NCBI RefSeq assembly: GCF_036365525.1
Contig: NC_090378.1
Span: 24,610,457-24,674,456 of the forward strand
Direction of reading: 5' to 3'
Source of the DNA: Heterodontus francisci
Lineage: Eukaryota
DNA length: 64,000 nucleotides
Below, in pieces: positions 48,724 through 61,920 of the stretch. Each line of letters starts with the position of its first letter. Position 1 is the stretch's first letter. The position numbers and the translations under genes were made by a program. A model generated the notes under the pieces. That model was not told where the DNA came from, searched no databases, and worked only from the letters and a program-made list of their open reading frames with translations.

Positions 48724-49121
48724 TAAAGGCCTACTCAAGTCATTAAAAAAAAAACTGACCCAAACCCGACAGAACCATATCGGACCCGGGTCCCTCCATA
48801 TTCCCCCTGAGCCCAACCTCCGGGATGTTCCCTTTACTCACCTTCCGACTCCCAAAATTCAGGAAGCTGTAGCGTGAGTGTGATGACGTCATAGAGACGC
48901 TCACTGCGCAGACTTAGTTTCCCTGCTTGAGGTCCCGGACTCACAGCTCAGGTAAGTTTTTAACTTTTAACACTTAACTTGTTGTATGTGTCCGGCCCGG
49001 CCCGGCCCAACTCAGACCCAGCCCAACCTGACCCAAGCCCAAAGGCCGGACCCGGAAGAGCAGCCCGACCCAACCCATGGCATTGAGTCCTGTCGGGCTC
49101 GGGACGGGTAGCAGGCCTTTA
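48724..49121. mobile_element. 398-bp hAT MITE in the GCLM upstream region
   Basis: TIRs taaaggcctact / agcaggccttta; 8-bp TSD taccgagg (48716-48723) / tactgagg (49122-49129); subterminal cccga/accc repeats. Confidence 0.85.
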
Positions 49122-49564
49122 TACTGAGGGTCTGGAACCTGTGTAAAACCCCTCAGGCTGTATGCACCAAAATGTTTTTTGCTATGTAATGCCAATGTAC
49201 ATTGCATATAAAATGGAATGGCAAGAGTTGTGAGGCACCTTATGTTTCTGCATCGAAGAAATCTGATCTCCATTGTACTTTCCGAAATGTGAAATTTGAA
49301 CTGGTTTGTAATGAATTTTTGCAAATTTTTATGAATAAAGTATATTTTGGGAAAAAAATTCACCAGGATCCACAAAGGAAGCCATTTGGCCTATCCTGTC
49401 TGTGCCAGCTCTCTGCAAGAGCAACTCACCTAGTCCCACTCCCCACCCTTTTCTGGTAGCCCTGCAAATTTTTTCTCTTCTGATAATTATCCAGTTCTCT
49501 TTTGAAGGCCTTGATTGAGAGTGTGGTGGAGGCAGATTCAGGCAGTGTATTCCTGATCCTAACC

Positions 49565-51863
49565 GAATGGTGGGCAAACCTTTTGACCTGAGGGCCACAT
49601 CTGGGTATGGAAATTGTATGGATGGCCAAATATCTCACCGAAGTGCATTTGTAATTTGTTCCACATCTGTTAGGGAACATGTTCCTAATTTGCTATTTTC
49701 TCAAAGCATAAAACCCTAAATACATACACTTTCTACTATATTCTTCATCCTTCTAAAAATCTAAACCTTAGCTACACCTCTGGCAGGAACAGAAGATACT
49801 TTTTCAACTCTAATTTTCATAAGGGCATAAACAACTAATCACTGAGATGCCCACCTCAAAATGTTAAATAAATCTTTGATGGTTCCCAGAGCACCAATTA
49901 ATTACATGACATCCAAAAGAGCATTTGATGTTCTGATCTAATCAAGTATTTGAATTTATGAGAATTTAAAAGCCTTTTGCTAAGAAGGGTCTTTAATCAC
50001 TTGAATTTTGGAAAATAATGGCAAACATTTCATACTGCTCCGCTACAGTATTTATAAATAGACTTTCAACAAGCATCATTTTCATGCTGATTGGATTTTT
50101 TGACTTATTCATGATATTTACAGCATTTTAGAAAATGATTGCATGTCAAATTAAACTTTAAGAAAAAATTACATTACCTTACGAATAGGCCCATTTATAC
50201 ATTATCAGTGAGCAGAGCCAGGTTTTGATCTTTGAGGCTGAAAAATTGGATGTCTGTAACTAGACTCTTGCCACCCTCCGGCAAGCAATTCCTAATGAGA
50301 TCAGACTAGATTATCTTATACTGCAGATCATCACCTCCGGTTCTGTCTTGAATCACCTCCAGGTCAACAATATGTCCTTCCCTTGGGCCATTGTCCTCTA
50401 TAAACTGCACCAAGTCAGCAGAAATCAGAGGATTTACTTACATTGTGCTGCTCTCAGTGCTCTTTCGCGTGTGCTTCCTTCCTCTCGAGGAGTGCCTGAT
50501 TTGCCTCCCCAGCCGCCCCCCCCCACAACAAGACTCAGATTATACTACAGCCACAGGGTAACATAAGAACATAAGAAATAGGAGCAGGAGTAGACCATAC
50601 TGCCCCTTAAACATACTCCCCCATTCAATATGATCATGGCTGATCCTCGGCCTCAACTTCACTTTTCCACCTGCTCCTCATATCCCTTGATTCCCTGAGA
50701 GCCCAAAAAGCTGTGCGCCTCAACCTCTGGGGTGGAGATTTCCAAAAATCCACAACCCTTTGAGTGAAGAAACTTCTGCTCATCTCAGTGCTAAACTACA
50801 ATTGTTAGAAAGAGGATGGCATAGAAGATCTCATGGCACTAGTTTTGAAGAGCAGGGAAGTTCTGGCCAATATTTATTCTTGATCCATTGCTGTTTGCAG
50901 GAGTTTGCTGTGCACAGATCAGCTACTGTGTTTCCTATGTTACAACGGAGCTTCAAAAAGTTCTTCATTGGCTGTAAAGCATGTTGGGATGTTCCGAGGT
51001 CTGACTGCACCCCTAATTCTCTCCATTGCTATCTATTATGCAGGTAGTGACCACATGGCCTAATGGAGACATGCACAGAGTGCTGGTTTTGTCAGATTTT
51101 TCTCCATCAACAGCAGGGAGAATATGCTTGAGGACTGCGGGGAAGGGAGCTGCTTTGCCTGCCCACCGAAGGTCCTAAACGAGATGGTGGAAAGGTTGAA
51201 TTGTTTTTCAGTCACCTTATTGAGCTGCAGCTCCAACCCATTCCTACAAGCTTCTCACTGTTTCCAGTCATGTCTTTAGCACCACCACTGTGGGCACTTA
51301 GTTTGGGGTACAGCTTCAGTGGGCAGGAAAGCAGCTTCTTTCCCCACAGTCCTTGTGCACAGCCTCCCTGGATAATATCCTAAGCTTGGAGCCCCCTATT
51401 GTCACAATGCACCCCACTGTGTCCTACTTCCCAAAACCCCAGGAGTCTCTGCCCCAATCCTTGGACCTTTTATTCTCTCTTCCAACAAAATTTGTTCCCT
51501 GATCAAATTCATCCTCAGAACGTTGCCCTCTGAGGTGCCCGGCATTTGAGTTCCTCTGCAACCACCCTGTTGCTGTTGATGGACAAAACGGGCCCTAAAA
51601 TCAGTTTCCAATAGGAGGTGGAAAGCATTTTACTCAGTTTCAGGGTTGGAGATAGTAAGACTGCACTTACCAGAGAAGCTCCCAGTCTCTGAATACCAAA
51701 GACAGGCACTTTTATTTTTTGAGAAACATCCGCCTCTGGCTACCAATCATTGGCTATCTTACCTAAAACTACTTGACCCCCATGGCTTGGCCGCAGGCTG
51801 CGGGCCAGATTAAAACCTCCCGTGGGCTGAATATGACCTGTAGGCTGTAGTTTGCCCACCCTG
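49565..51863. mobile_element. Non-autonomous hAT-like element inserted in a CR1, with nested CR1/SINE fragments
   Basis: ggtgggcaaac / gtttgcccaccctg ends; TSD-like tcctaacc / cgctaacc; interrupted CR1 continues on both sides. Confidence 0.65.
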
Positions 51864-54200
51864 CGCTAACCACTTGCTGTGTAAAAGAGTTTTTCCTCAT
51901 GTCACCAATCATCTTAAATCTGGTTCTCTGGTTCTAGATCCTTCCACCAAAAGCCACAGTTTCTCCCTATCCACTCTGTTCAGACCCCTTATGATTTTGA
52001 ACACCTCTATCAAATCTCCTCAATCTTTTCTCCAAGGAGAACAGCACCAGCTTCTCCAACCTATCCATGTAACTGAGTCCGTCATCCCCGGAACCATTCT
52101 TGTGAATCTTTTCTGCACCCTGTCTAATGCCTTCACATCCTTCCTAAAGTGTGGTGCCCACAAAACTCAAGATGAAGCCGAACCAGTGTTTTATACAGGT
52201 TTATCATAACTTATCACCGGATATAGGCTAAGTGCTGGAAAATGGGATTAGAATAGATAGGTGCTTGATGGCCAGCACGGACATGATGGGCTGATGGGCC
52301 TGTTTCTGTGCTGTATAATTCTACGACTCTAACTTTGCTTTTGTACTCTATGCTGCCATTTATAAAGCTCAGGATCCCATAGGCTTTATTAACCACTTTC
52401 TCTACCTGCTCTGTCATCTTCAATGATTTGTGCACATATACCCCCAGGTCCCTCTGCTCCTGCACCCCTTTTAGAATTGTACCCTTTATTTTATATTGCC
52501 TCTCCTCATTCTTCTTACCAAAATGATTCACTTCACATTTCTCGGCATTAAATTTTATTTGTCACTTGTCCGCCCATTCCACCAGTCTGTCTATGACCTC
52601 TTGAAGTTTATCACTAACTTAATTAATCCATATTTGTCCAAATGACTGTTAATTTTGTCTCACAATATCGTTTCTAAAAGCTTTCCCACCACTGAAGTTA
52701 AACTGACTGGTCTGTAGTTGCTGGGCTCATCCTTACACTCTTTCTTGAACAAGGGTGTAACATTTGCAATTCTCCAGTCCTCTGGCACCATCCCTATATC
52801 TAAGGAGGATTAGAAGATTATGGCCAGTGCCTCTGCAATTTCCACACTTAATTTCCTAAGTTTCCTTGGATGCATCTCATCCAGTCCTGGTGACTTATCA
52901 ACTTTAAGTACAGTCAACCTATCTAACACCTTTTTATCAATTTTAGTCCATCCAGTGTCTCAACTACCTCCTGTTTCACTATGACTTGGGCAGCATCTTC
53001 TTCCTTGGTAATGACAGATGCAAAGTACTCCTTTGGTACCTCAGCCATGTCGTTTGCCTCCATGCGAAAATCCCCTTTTAAGTCCTTAACCAGGTCCACT
53101 TCTCTTTTTATCACCATTTTACTATTTATATGCCTATAGAAGAAATGGCGCACTGACACGGAACACAAAAGTCCACGTGTATCAAGCCTGTGTCCTCAGT
53201 ACCTTGCTCTACGGCAGCGAGGCCTGGACAACGTATGTCAGCCAAGAGCGACATCTCAATTCATTCCATCTTCGCTGCCTCCGGAGAATCCTTGGCATCA
53301 GGTGGCAGGACCGTATCTCCAACACAGAAGTCCTCGAGGTGGCCAACATCCCCAGCTTATACACACTACTGAGTCAGCGGCGCTTAAGATGGCTTGGCCA
53401 TGTGAGCCGCATGGAAGATGGCAGGATCCCCAAGGACACATTGTACAGCGAGCTCGCCACTGGTATCAGACCCACCGGCCGTCCATGTCTCCGCTTTAAA
53501 GACGTCTGCAAACGCGACATGAAATTCTGTGACATTGATCACAAGTCATGGGATTCAGTTGCCAGCGATCGCCAGAGCAGGCGGGCAGCCATAAAGGCGG
53601 GGCTAAAGTGTGGCGAGTCGAAGAAACTTAGCAGTTGGCAGGAAAAAAGACAGAAGCACATGGGGAGAGCCAACTGCGAAACAGCCCTGACAACCAATTT
53701 TTTCTGCAGCACCTGTGGAAGAGTCTGTCACTCTAGTATTGGCCTTTATAGCCACTCCAGGCACTGCTCCACAAACCACTGACCACCTCCAGGCACTTAC
53801 CCATTGTCTCCCAAGACAAGGAGGCCAAAGAAAGAAGAAGACTTTTAGATTCCCTTTTATGTTAGCTATTGGTCTCGTCTCATACTCATGCTTCTCATTT
53901 GTTTTTTTCACTTCTCCTCTGAACCTTCTATATTCACCCTCGTTCTCACTTTTATTATCCACCTGACATCTGTCAAATGCCCCCTTTTTCTGATTCGTCT
54001 TACTTTCTATCTCTTTCATCATCCAGGGAGCTCCGAATTTATTTGCCCTACTTTATCCCCTCATGGGAATGTACCTTGACTGTACCCAAACTATCTCCTC
54101 TTTAAAGGCAGCCCATTGTTCAGTTGTCATTTTGCCTGCCAATCTTTTGTCCCAATTTACCTGGGCCAGGTCCATTCTCACCCTATTGAAGCTGCTCCCC
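51864..54200 (-). mobile_element. CR1 fragment split by an RTE insertion
   Basis: ORFs 52214, 52923 and 53603 encode CR1 ORF2 pieces (HFGKKN, EYFASVIT). Confidence 0.85.
53143..53840 (+). mobile_element. 5'-truncated RTE copy (same family as 17060-20808)
   Basis: ORF 53177..53782 nearly identical to 17111..17716; (gaa)n tail; agaaga duplication at the junctions. Confidence 0.92.
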
Positions 54201-55169
54201 TGCTCACAATTAATTATTTAATAAGTCCCAGTCCTAATCCCAGTACTGATTCCTGTCTGCACCCGCTATTGCAGGTGTGGAGCCTGTATCAGAATTGGGA
54301 GACATTACAGACATTGGTTGTTTAAATTGTCTGTATAGGTGAAGGGGAAATTCAAAAATCAAGTACGTGTAAAAGTCATACACATGACCATAGAAACACT
54401 GTACTGGTTCCCACACACAATGGGAAACTTCAGACACTGTATCTGATAGCCATATCAATGAACACAGCTAATTCCCTGTCTAGGTAACAGTTAATTATCC
54501 CTATTCTGGTTTTGGAGAACATTAAATGTGATCTGCTGTCTTTGTAGTCACCTTCCAAAACCATCCTGGCAGAGGTTACTTTAGGTCGTTAAGGAGCAGC
54601 TTGAATGTAACATAAGATTTCACAGAATTCTTGGACCTATTGGTAGAAATAGCAGAGCAGAGGCTTGTCCAAGATACTGAGTAGAATAACATCTAGGTGC
54701 AGATTAAACTACTGTTCCATAAATTATGTTGCCAGCTTGACAACATTTATATTGAAATGATATTTTATGATGGTGTGTGGGTCAATTGAAGACAGCACTA
54801 TCTTGTGTCCATCTTGTTAACTAACCTTTGGCTCTCCTGAGGTAACATGACTTTGAAGTGACCTAAAAACATTAATACTCGAACAAAATCTAAAGCAGGT
54901 AGAGACAGAACAAAAGGCCACAAATTGTGAAGTATTATTTCATTATCTGTTCAATTTGGGTAGGGAGAGGAGTGCCAAATAGAGTGAGGTTGGAAGACGT
55001 CTTAATCAGGCCCTTTTTATGGCTATGTTGAAACTTGAATCAAAATAAACAAGATATTGTTTTATATGCAACATTCATCTTTGTCATATTTTACATACAA
55101 GTTAAACATTTTGTTGCTGCAATCCTATTTATGAAAGTTGCAAATGAGAACCTATGTAGCTGTGACAAA

Positions 55170-56405
55170 AGTAAACTATCTCTTCATCAACCTTCTCAAC
55201 CTGTCTACAGCCTTTGACACGTTTGAGCACACCATCCTCCAACACTTCTCCCCCATCGCCCAGCTGGATGGGACTGCATTTGCCTGATTCCATTCTTATC
55301 TATCCAATCGCTGCCAGAGAATCACTTGCAATGGCTTCTCTTCCCACTCCTGCACCATTATCTCTGGTTTCCCCCAAGGATCTATCCATGCCTTCCTCCT
55401 ATTTCTCATCTACATCCTGCCCCTTGGTGACATCATCCAAAAACAGTGTCAGTTTCCACATGTACACTGATGATACCCAGCTCTACTTCACCACCACCTC
55501 TCAGAAACACTTCACTGTCTTCAAATTGTTAGATGGCTTGTCTGACATCCAGTACTGGATGAGCAGAAATTTCAACCAACTAAATATGGACAAGCCATTG
55601 TCTTCAGTTCCAGTCACAAACTCCATCCCTCTCCCTGTCAGAGGCTGAATCAAACTGTTCACAACTATTTAACCGAGGGATGATCTTACACACATCCACG
55701 CCATCACTGAGACTGCCTATTTCCACCATTGTAACATCACCCAACTCCACCCCTGCTTCTACTCATCTGCTACTGAAACCCTGATGCATGCCTTTGTTAT
55801 CTCCAGACTTGGCTATTCCAGCACACTGCTTGCCAGTCTCCCACATTCTACCCTATATAAATAGTGGCATCTCACCACCACCTCTTAAGGGCAATTAGAG
55901 ATGGGCAACAAATGCTGGCCTTGCCAGTGATGCTCACACTCCATGAACAAATAAAAAAAGAAAACTTGAGGTCATCTAAACTCTGCTGACCATGTCCTAA
56001 CACGCAGCAAGTCCCATTCCCTTATCACCCCTCTGCTCGCTGACCTACTTTGGATCCTAGTTAAGCAATGCCTTGATTTTAAAATCCTCATACTGCAGAT
56101 ATCTGCACTCCTCCAATTCTGGCCTCTTGAGCATCCCCGATTTTAGTCACTCCACCATTGGTGGCCGTGCCTTCAGCTGCCAAGGTCCTAAGCTCTGGAA
56201 TTTCCTCCCTAACATCTCCACCTCACTTTCCTCCTTTAATAACCTCTTTCAAACCTACCTCTTTGACCAGGATTTTTGCCATCTGCCCTAATATCGCCTT
56301 ATGTGGCTCGGTATCAAATTTTGTTTGATAACACTCCTGTAAGTGCCATGGGATGCTTTACTATGTTAAAGATGCTATATAAATATGTTATTGCAGTTGT
56401 TATTT
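55170..56405 (+). mobile_element. L2 LINE 3' fragment
   Basis: FHMYTDDTQLYF...DIQYWMSRNF..LN and TIGGRAFS..GPKLWN motifs; L2-type tail. Confidence 0.85.
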
Positions 56406-57039
56406 ATTGACTACCCTTCTTGAGTCCCAAACATTATGGTTGGATGGTTGATTCTAATGTTATCATGTAAGCATGTATTTGAGAAGTAGGTCAGTTGGCA
56501 GAGATACTGTGACATTAATATAAGCTGACCTTTTCATGTTCTCATGAAATTAAAGAACTTCCTACACATCATCATTTAAATAGATCCTTGTAGAAGGGTG
56601 CTTAGTTATTCTTTTGTGTTTGCAGCACATGAAATCCACTTAAAGTTTTGTAGAATTATCACTATTAATCAGGAGATGCATGACATCCTTTTCACACTGT
56701 TCTATAGTTTTGAAATATAGCTCATTATTACAGTGTAAATTTATTATTATTCAGGTAGAAATAATTCAGTTTATTTAATTTGGAAAACAGCCAAACGCTC
56801 AAATGAAATTATGCTAAATAATATACTGTGATAACAATTAATAAATCTGTGTTTGCTGCAATTTGATGAATAGCAATAGCCGTGCTGGAAAAACCTGGTC
56901 AGTTGTTTCCTTTGGCACATTGGATAAGTTTCTATCATCATTATGTCTGGTGCAGAGCTATGTGTGCAGATTGCATTTCAGAAATTCAGGCAGGCCCACA
57001 ATTTTCCAGGCTTTAAAATAATGAGCTAGAAAGAGGGAG

Positions 57040-57925
57040 TGTCAAAGACAAAGTCTATTGTAATTAGTGCAGTGCCACAAGGATCAGTGCTGTGGCCTCA
57101 GATATTTACGATCTATATTAATGACTTACACAAAGAGACCAAGAGTAATGTATCTAAGTTTGCTGATGATACAAAGCTAGGTGGGAATCTAAGTGCAAGG
57201 AGGACACAGAGAGGCTGCAAAGTGATATGGACAGGTCAAGTGAGTGGGCAACAAGGTGGCAGATGGAGTATAATGTGTGAGATTATTCACTTTGGTAGTA
57301 AGAATAGAAGAGCAGCATATTTTTTAAAAAGGACTTGAAACTTCTAAATGTTGATGTTCAGAGATACTTGGATATACTCGTGCACGGAACACAGAAAGTT
57401 AGCATGCAGGTACAGCAAGCAATTAGGAGGGTAAATATTTCAACCCACATTCTGCTCCGCACCTCCCCTCCCCCTTAACAGAGCCCAGTGTCATGGGCTT
57501 GGTAAAATCCAGCCTATACTTTCTGGAATTTGGAAGAATGAGAGGTGACCTCATTGAAACATACAAGATTCAAAAGGGGCTTGATAGATAGATTCTGAGA
57601 GATTGTTTCGACTGGCTGGGGAATCTAGAACATGGAGGCATGCTCTCGAGATAAAGAGATGATCATTTAAGCTGAGATGAGGACAAATCTCTTCACAAAT
57701 GGTTGTGAGTCTTTGGAATTCTCTACCTAGAGGGTTGTGGATGCTCCATAGTTGAATATATTTAAGACTGAGGTAGACAGATGTTTGGTCTCTCACAGAA
57801 TCACAGGATATGGGAAGTGGGTGGGAAAGTGGAGTTGAGGCTGAAAATCAGCCATGAATGTATTGAATGACAGTGTCGGCTCGAGGGGCTGTTTGGCCTA
57901 CTCCTGCTCCTATTTCTTATGTTAA
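57040..57925 (+). mobile_element. CR1 3' fragment
   Basis: VPQGSVL.PQIFTIYIND...SKFADDTKLG. Confidence 0.88.
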
Positions 57926-58619
57926 TTATCACAGAACGTATTGAGAATCCAGATAAATAGCTAAGGCCGTAGGATCTTAAGCTAAATACAAATGAAAGAG
58001 GCCATTTATCCCAATTTAGCTAATCTATCTAGGGGAAAAACACAACCCCAGCACCCTCCCGTCAAGTCAGTCCTGTCACATCATCTGATCACACCTTAAA
58101 TTAATCTAAGGTTTTCATCCTTCACTACCCAAACTGGAAGACCATTCCAAGTGTTGGCTACTCTTTATGTGAAGAGGTTCTTCCTCATATCAGTACTGAC
58201 TTATCCTTTCATCAGTTTTACCATATTCCCTTGTTCTAATATTATGGCTTATGCTCAGATTCTCTTGATTTCCCTAATCAAGGCCCCCTCTGATTTATCT
58301 TCTTTCAAGGCAAGAGTTCTGGTTTCTACAGTCTTTAGTCATAACTCAATCCTTTGGCACCAGATTTCTAAGTCTTCTCTGTATAATCCTATGACTTGAC
58401 TGTTTCTCATATCGGGGGACCAAAGTTGAATATAAGATGTAGTCTGACTAAGATATGATGTAGTTTTAACATGCTTCCTCTCACCAATTGCTGATCTGGC
58501 AATATAAATTAGGACTCCATTTGGTCTGTTTAGCATTGTTGCACAGTGATTTGACATGTTAAGAGCCACATCTGCTATCACATCAAATCCTTTTCACCTT
58601 CACTACTGTCCCACTCACT

Positions 58620-59312
58620 GCAGGGTCACCTCGTTTTTGTTTTTAGATGACAGTTGTTTATCATTCTGCCATTCACACCTCCTCTAGACACAGCTTTTGT
58701 TTGTTTACTTATCCCATTACCACTCCCTTTAGCCCTGCATCACCAATTCTCTTGTCATTTAATCTGTCCTGCTTTCCACCCTATCACAGACCTTCCCTTT
58801 AGTTCTGCTTCCCCCTCCCCCCTTTCATTTGCTTAACACCTATTATATTTCTAACTTTTTCCAGTTCTGATGAAAGGTCACAGACCTGAAATGTTAACTC
58901 TGCTTCTCTGTCCACAGATGCTGCCAGACCTGCTCCTTAGACAGCATCTTCCAAACCCATGACCTCTACCACCTAGAAGGACAAGGGCAGCAGATGCATG
59001 GGAACACCACCACCTGCAAGTTCCCCACCAAGCCACACACCATCCTGACTTGGAATTATAATCGCTGTTCCTTCACTGTCGCTGGGTCAAAATCCTGGAA
59101 TTCCCTTCCTAACAGCACTTTGGGTGTATCTACGCCACATGGACTGCAGCAGTTCAAGAAGGCGGCTCACCACCACCTTCAAAGGGCAATTAGGGATGGG
59201 CAATAAATGCTGGCCTAGCCAGTGACACCCACATCCCATGAAATGAATAAAAAATTCCCAGCATTTTCAGTTTTTACTTCAGATTTCCAGCATCCGCGGT
59301 ATTTTGCTTTTA
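58620..59312 (+). mobile_element. Penelope 3' terminal region with hammerhead core (58862-58899), interrupted by a family A LINE tail (~58935-59255)
   Basis: agtt CTGATGA aaggtc aca gacct GAAA tgtt aact; matches the 32733-32950 terminus. Confidence 0.75.
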
Positions 59313-59838
59313 TATTTATCAACATCTACTGAACACAATTGTACCGCGGATCACAACAGAAAGCGCTTGTGATCCCAGGTATTTTACCTTTGCTTCACAA
59401 TGTGTTGTAAGATTGCTGTGTCCAGGGTATATCGTATCTGAACATCAATCACCCCTTCAAGAGACGAAAGGGGTTAAAATGAAAAATAAATTGACCTCTT
59501 GGCGCTGGGAGTGACACAGCTGGTATTCTAACTAACCATTGGAAATGAGCAGTTCCAACTTTCCCTAGTGCGGTGTAATGGGAATTGAACACTGCGCTAA
59601 ATTCCCCTGGAGTCACTGAGACGTGGATGTGGGAGATGCTCCCATTCTTGGCCATAAGTCACATTTCGTTCTTAGCTCCACCCTGGATAGAGTTTCCCGG
59701 AGCCCAAAGGGGAGATGGTCGAGGGTCCGTTCAGCGTCAAACTCCTGTCCTTGCTGAGTCTCTGAGCTGTCAGCCAGCTGAGAGCATCGAAGCTGTTAGA
59801 CGGAGACCGGTGCCTCTCAGCTGGTAACTGCTGCAAGA

Positions 59839-59862
59839 ATGAGCCGGGTGACCTTTTTCGAG
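59839..59862 (+). CDS. Probable first coding exon (MSRVTFFE) of a TECR-family trans-2-enoyl-CoA reductase-like gene (tecrl2-type); remainder lies beyond the window
   Basis: aagaATG with A at -3, strong donor GAG|gtaaga, inside a repeat-free CpG-enriched block (~59450-60000); TECR-family first exons end in ...[FY]E before VEILD; identity is inferred from only 8 codons plus recalled synteny. Confidence 0.5.
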
Positions 59863-60984
59863 GTAAGAAGGGGGTTCGGAAATCGGCGCAAATTGTGGAA
59901 ACGGTGGCGTTTTCCTGCACTGCAATACTGAAAGAGATCTGCACAGGGAAGCACAAGGGCACTATATCCATGTAAGGGTCTATTGCTGTGGAATCTGCTT
60001 TTATACTATGGCTAAAAGTAGTTGTCATATCTTGGTGCTGCAAGTACTGCCAGACGTAAATTGACATTGTTTGCTACTTATATTGCACGACAAATGGGTG
60101 CAAAAAAAAACTTGCGTCAGAGCACTTTATTTCTGAGTGGAGGTGTTAGTGTTACTTGCGTTCATTCAGGGAATGTAATTACTCGGCTTGCAATAGCATA
60201 TAAGTAATGAGTATTAGTATTACCTGGTGTAATACAACATACCTGCGGGTGGACCAGTTTAATAAACTCATCTGTTCCTCCACGGTTATAAATTCTGAAT
60301 TCCACTGAAGAACTTTGCATTATACGGGTAGGGTTAAAATTAGGTGATAGATTTTCGAATGCGTTATAACAATGAGTAATGCATTCGTCGAAAGCACAGA
60401 TATTGGTTAATATGAAAGGAGTTAATAGACCTGTCATTCAGTCAAAGGATTTCAACGATGTTCGAATTGGGGAGAGTGAAGCAGCATATAAACACAAGAA
60501 CGTAAGAAATAGGAGCAGGCGCTGCACTGTTCAATTAGATCATCACTGATCTCATTTTGGCCTCATCTCTGCTTTCTTGCCTGTTCCCCATAACCTTTGA
60601 CTCTCTGGTTCAAGAAATTGTCTATCGCAGCCTTGAATATATTCAGTAATTCAACCTCCACAGCTCTCTGCAGTAGAGAATTGCAAAGATTCACAACCCC
60701 CTGAGAGAAGAAATTCCTGCCCCTGTGCTCACTGGCCTACATTGGCTCCCGGTCAAGCAATGTCTTGATTTTAAAATTCTCATCCTTGTTTTCAGATCCC
60801 TCCATGTTCTTACACCACCCCCCGCCCCTCTATAATCTCCAGCCCCACAACCCTCCATGATATCTGCACTCCTCTAATTCTAGCCTCTTGAGCATCCCTG
60901 GTTTTAATCGCTCTACCATTGGTGGGCCCCAAGCTCTGGGATACCTTCCCTACACCCTTCCACCTCTCTACCTCACTTTCCTCT

Positions 60985-61592
60985 TTTCTTCTTTGGCCTC
61001 CTTGTCTCGAGAGACAATGGGTAAGCGCCTGGAGGTGGTCAGTGGTTTGTGAAGCAGCGCCTGGAGTGGCTATAAAGGCCAATTCTAGAGTGACAGACTC
61101 TTCCACAGGTGCTGCAGGGAAATTTGTTTGTCGGGGCTGTTACACATTTGGCTCTCCCCTTGCGCCTCTGTCTTTTTTCCTGCCAACTACTAAGTCTCTT
61201 CGACTCGCCACACTTTAGCCCCGTCTTTATGGCTGCCCGCCAGCTCTGGCGAACGCTGGCAACTGACTCCCACGACTTGTGATCAATGTCACAGGATTTC
61301 ATGTCGCGTTTGCAGACGTCTTTAAAGCAGAGACATGGACGGCCGGTGGGTCTGATACCAGTGGCGAGCTCGCTGTACAATGTGTCTTTGGGGATCCTGC
61401 CATCTTCCATGCGGCTCACGTGGCCAAGCAATCTCAAGCGCCACTGATTCAGTAGTGTGTATAAGCTGGGGATGTTGGCCACCTCGAGGACTTCTGTGTT
61501 GGAGATACGGTCCTGCCACCTGATGCCAAGTATTCTCCGGAGGCAGCGAAGATGGAATGAATTGAGACGTCGCTCTTGGCTGACAGACGTTG
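60985..61592 (-). mobile_element. 5'-truncated RTE copy inserted in an L2 3' end (60720-61765)
   Basis: ORF 61039..61482 nearly identical to the RTE C-terminus; the L2 tail resumes after 61592. Confidence 0.92.
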
Positions 61593-61920
61593 TCTTTTAA
61601 CACTCCTAAAAACCTAACTCTTTGACCAAGCTGTTGGTCATCTGACCTCATATCTCCTTTTTGTGGCTCGGTGTCATATTTTGTTTTATAGTGCTCTTGT
61701 AAAGACCCTTGGGATGTTTTATTATATTAAAGTTGCTAGATAAATATAAGTTGTTGTTGTTATTGCTCATCTCCATCTTAAATGGGAGGCCCCCTTATTC
61801 TGAAATATGCCCCCTAGTTCTAGATTCCCTCACGAGGGGAAACATCCTCTCAGCATTTACCCTTTCAAGCCCCCTCAGAATCTCATATGTTTTGACAAGA
61901 TCAGCTTTCACTCTTCTAAA

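Noticed and set aside
59672-60067. 131-aa - strand ORF
   Set aside because: No recognisable family; overlaps the better-supported + strand first exon
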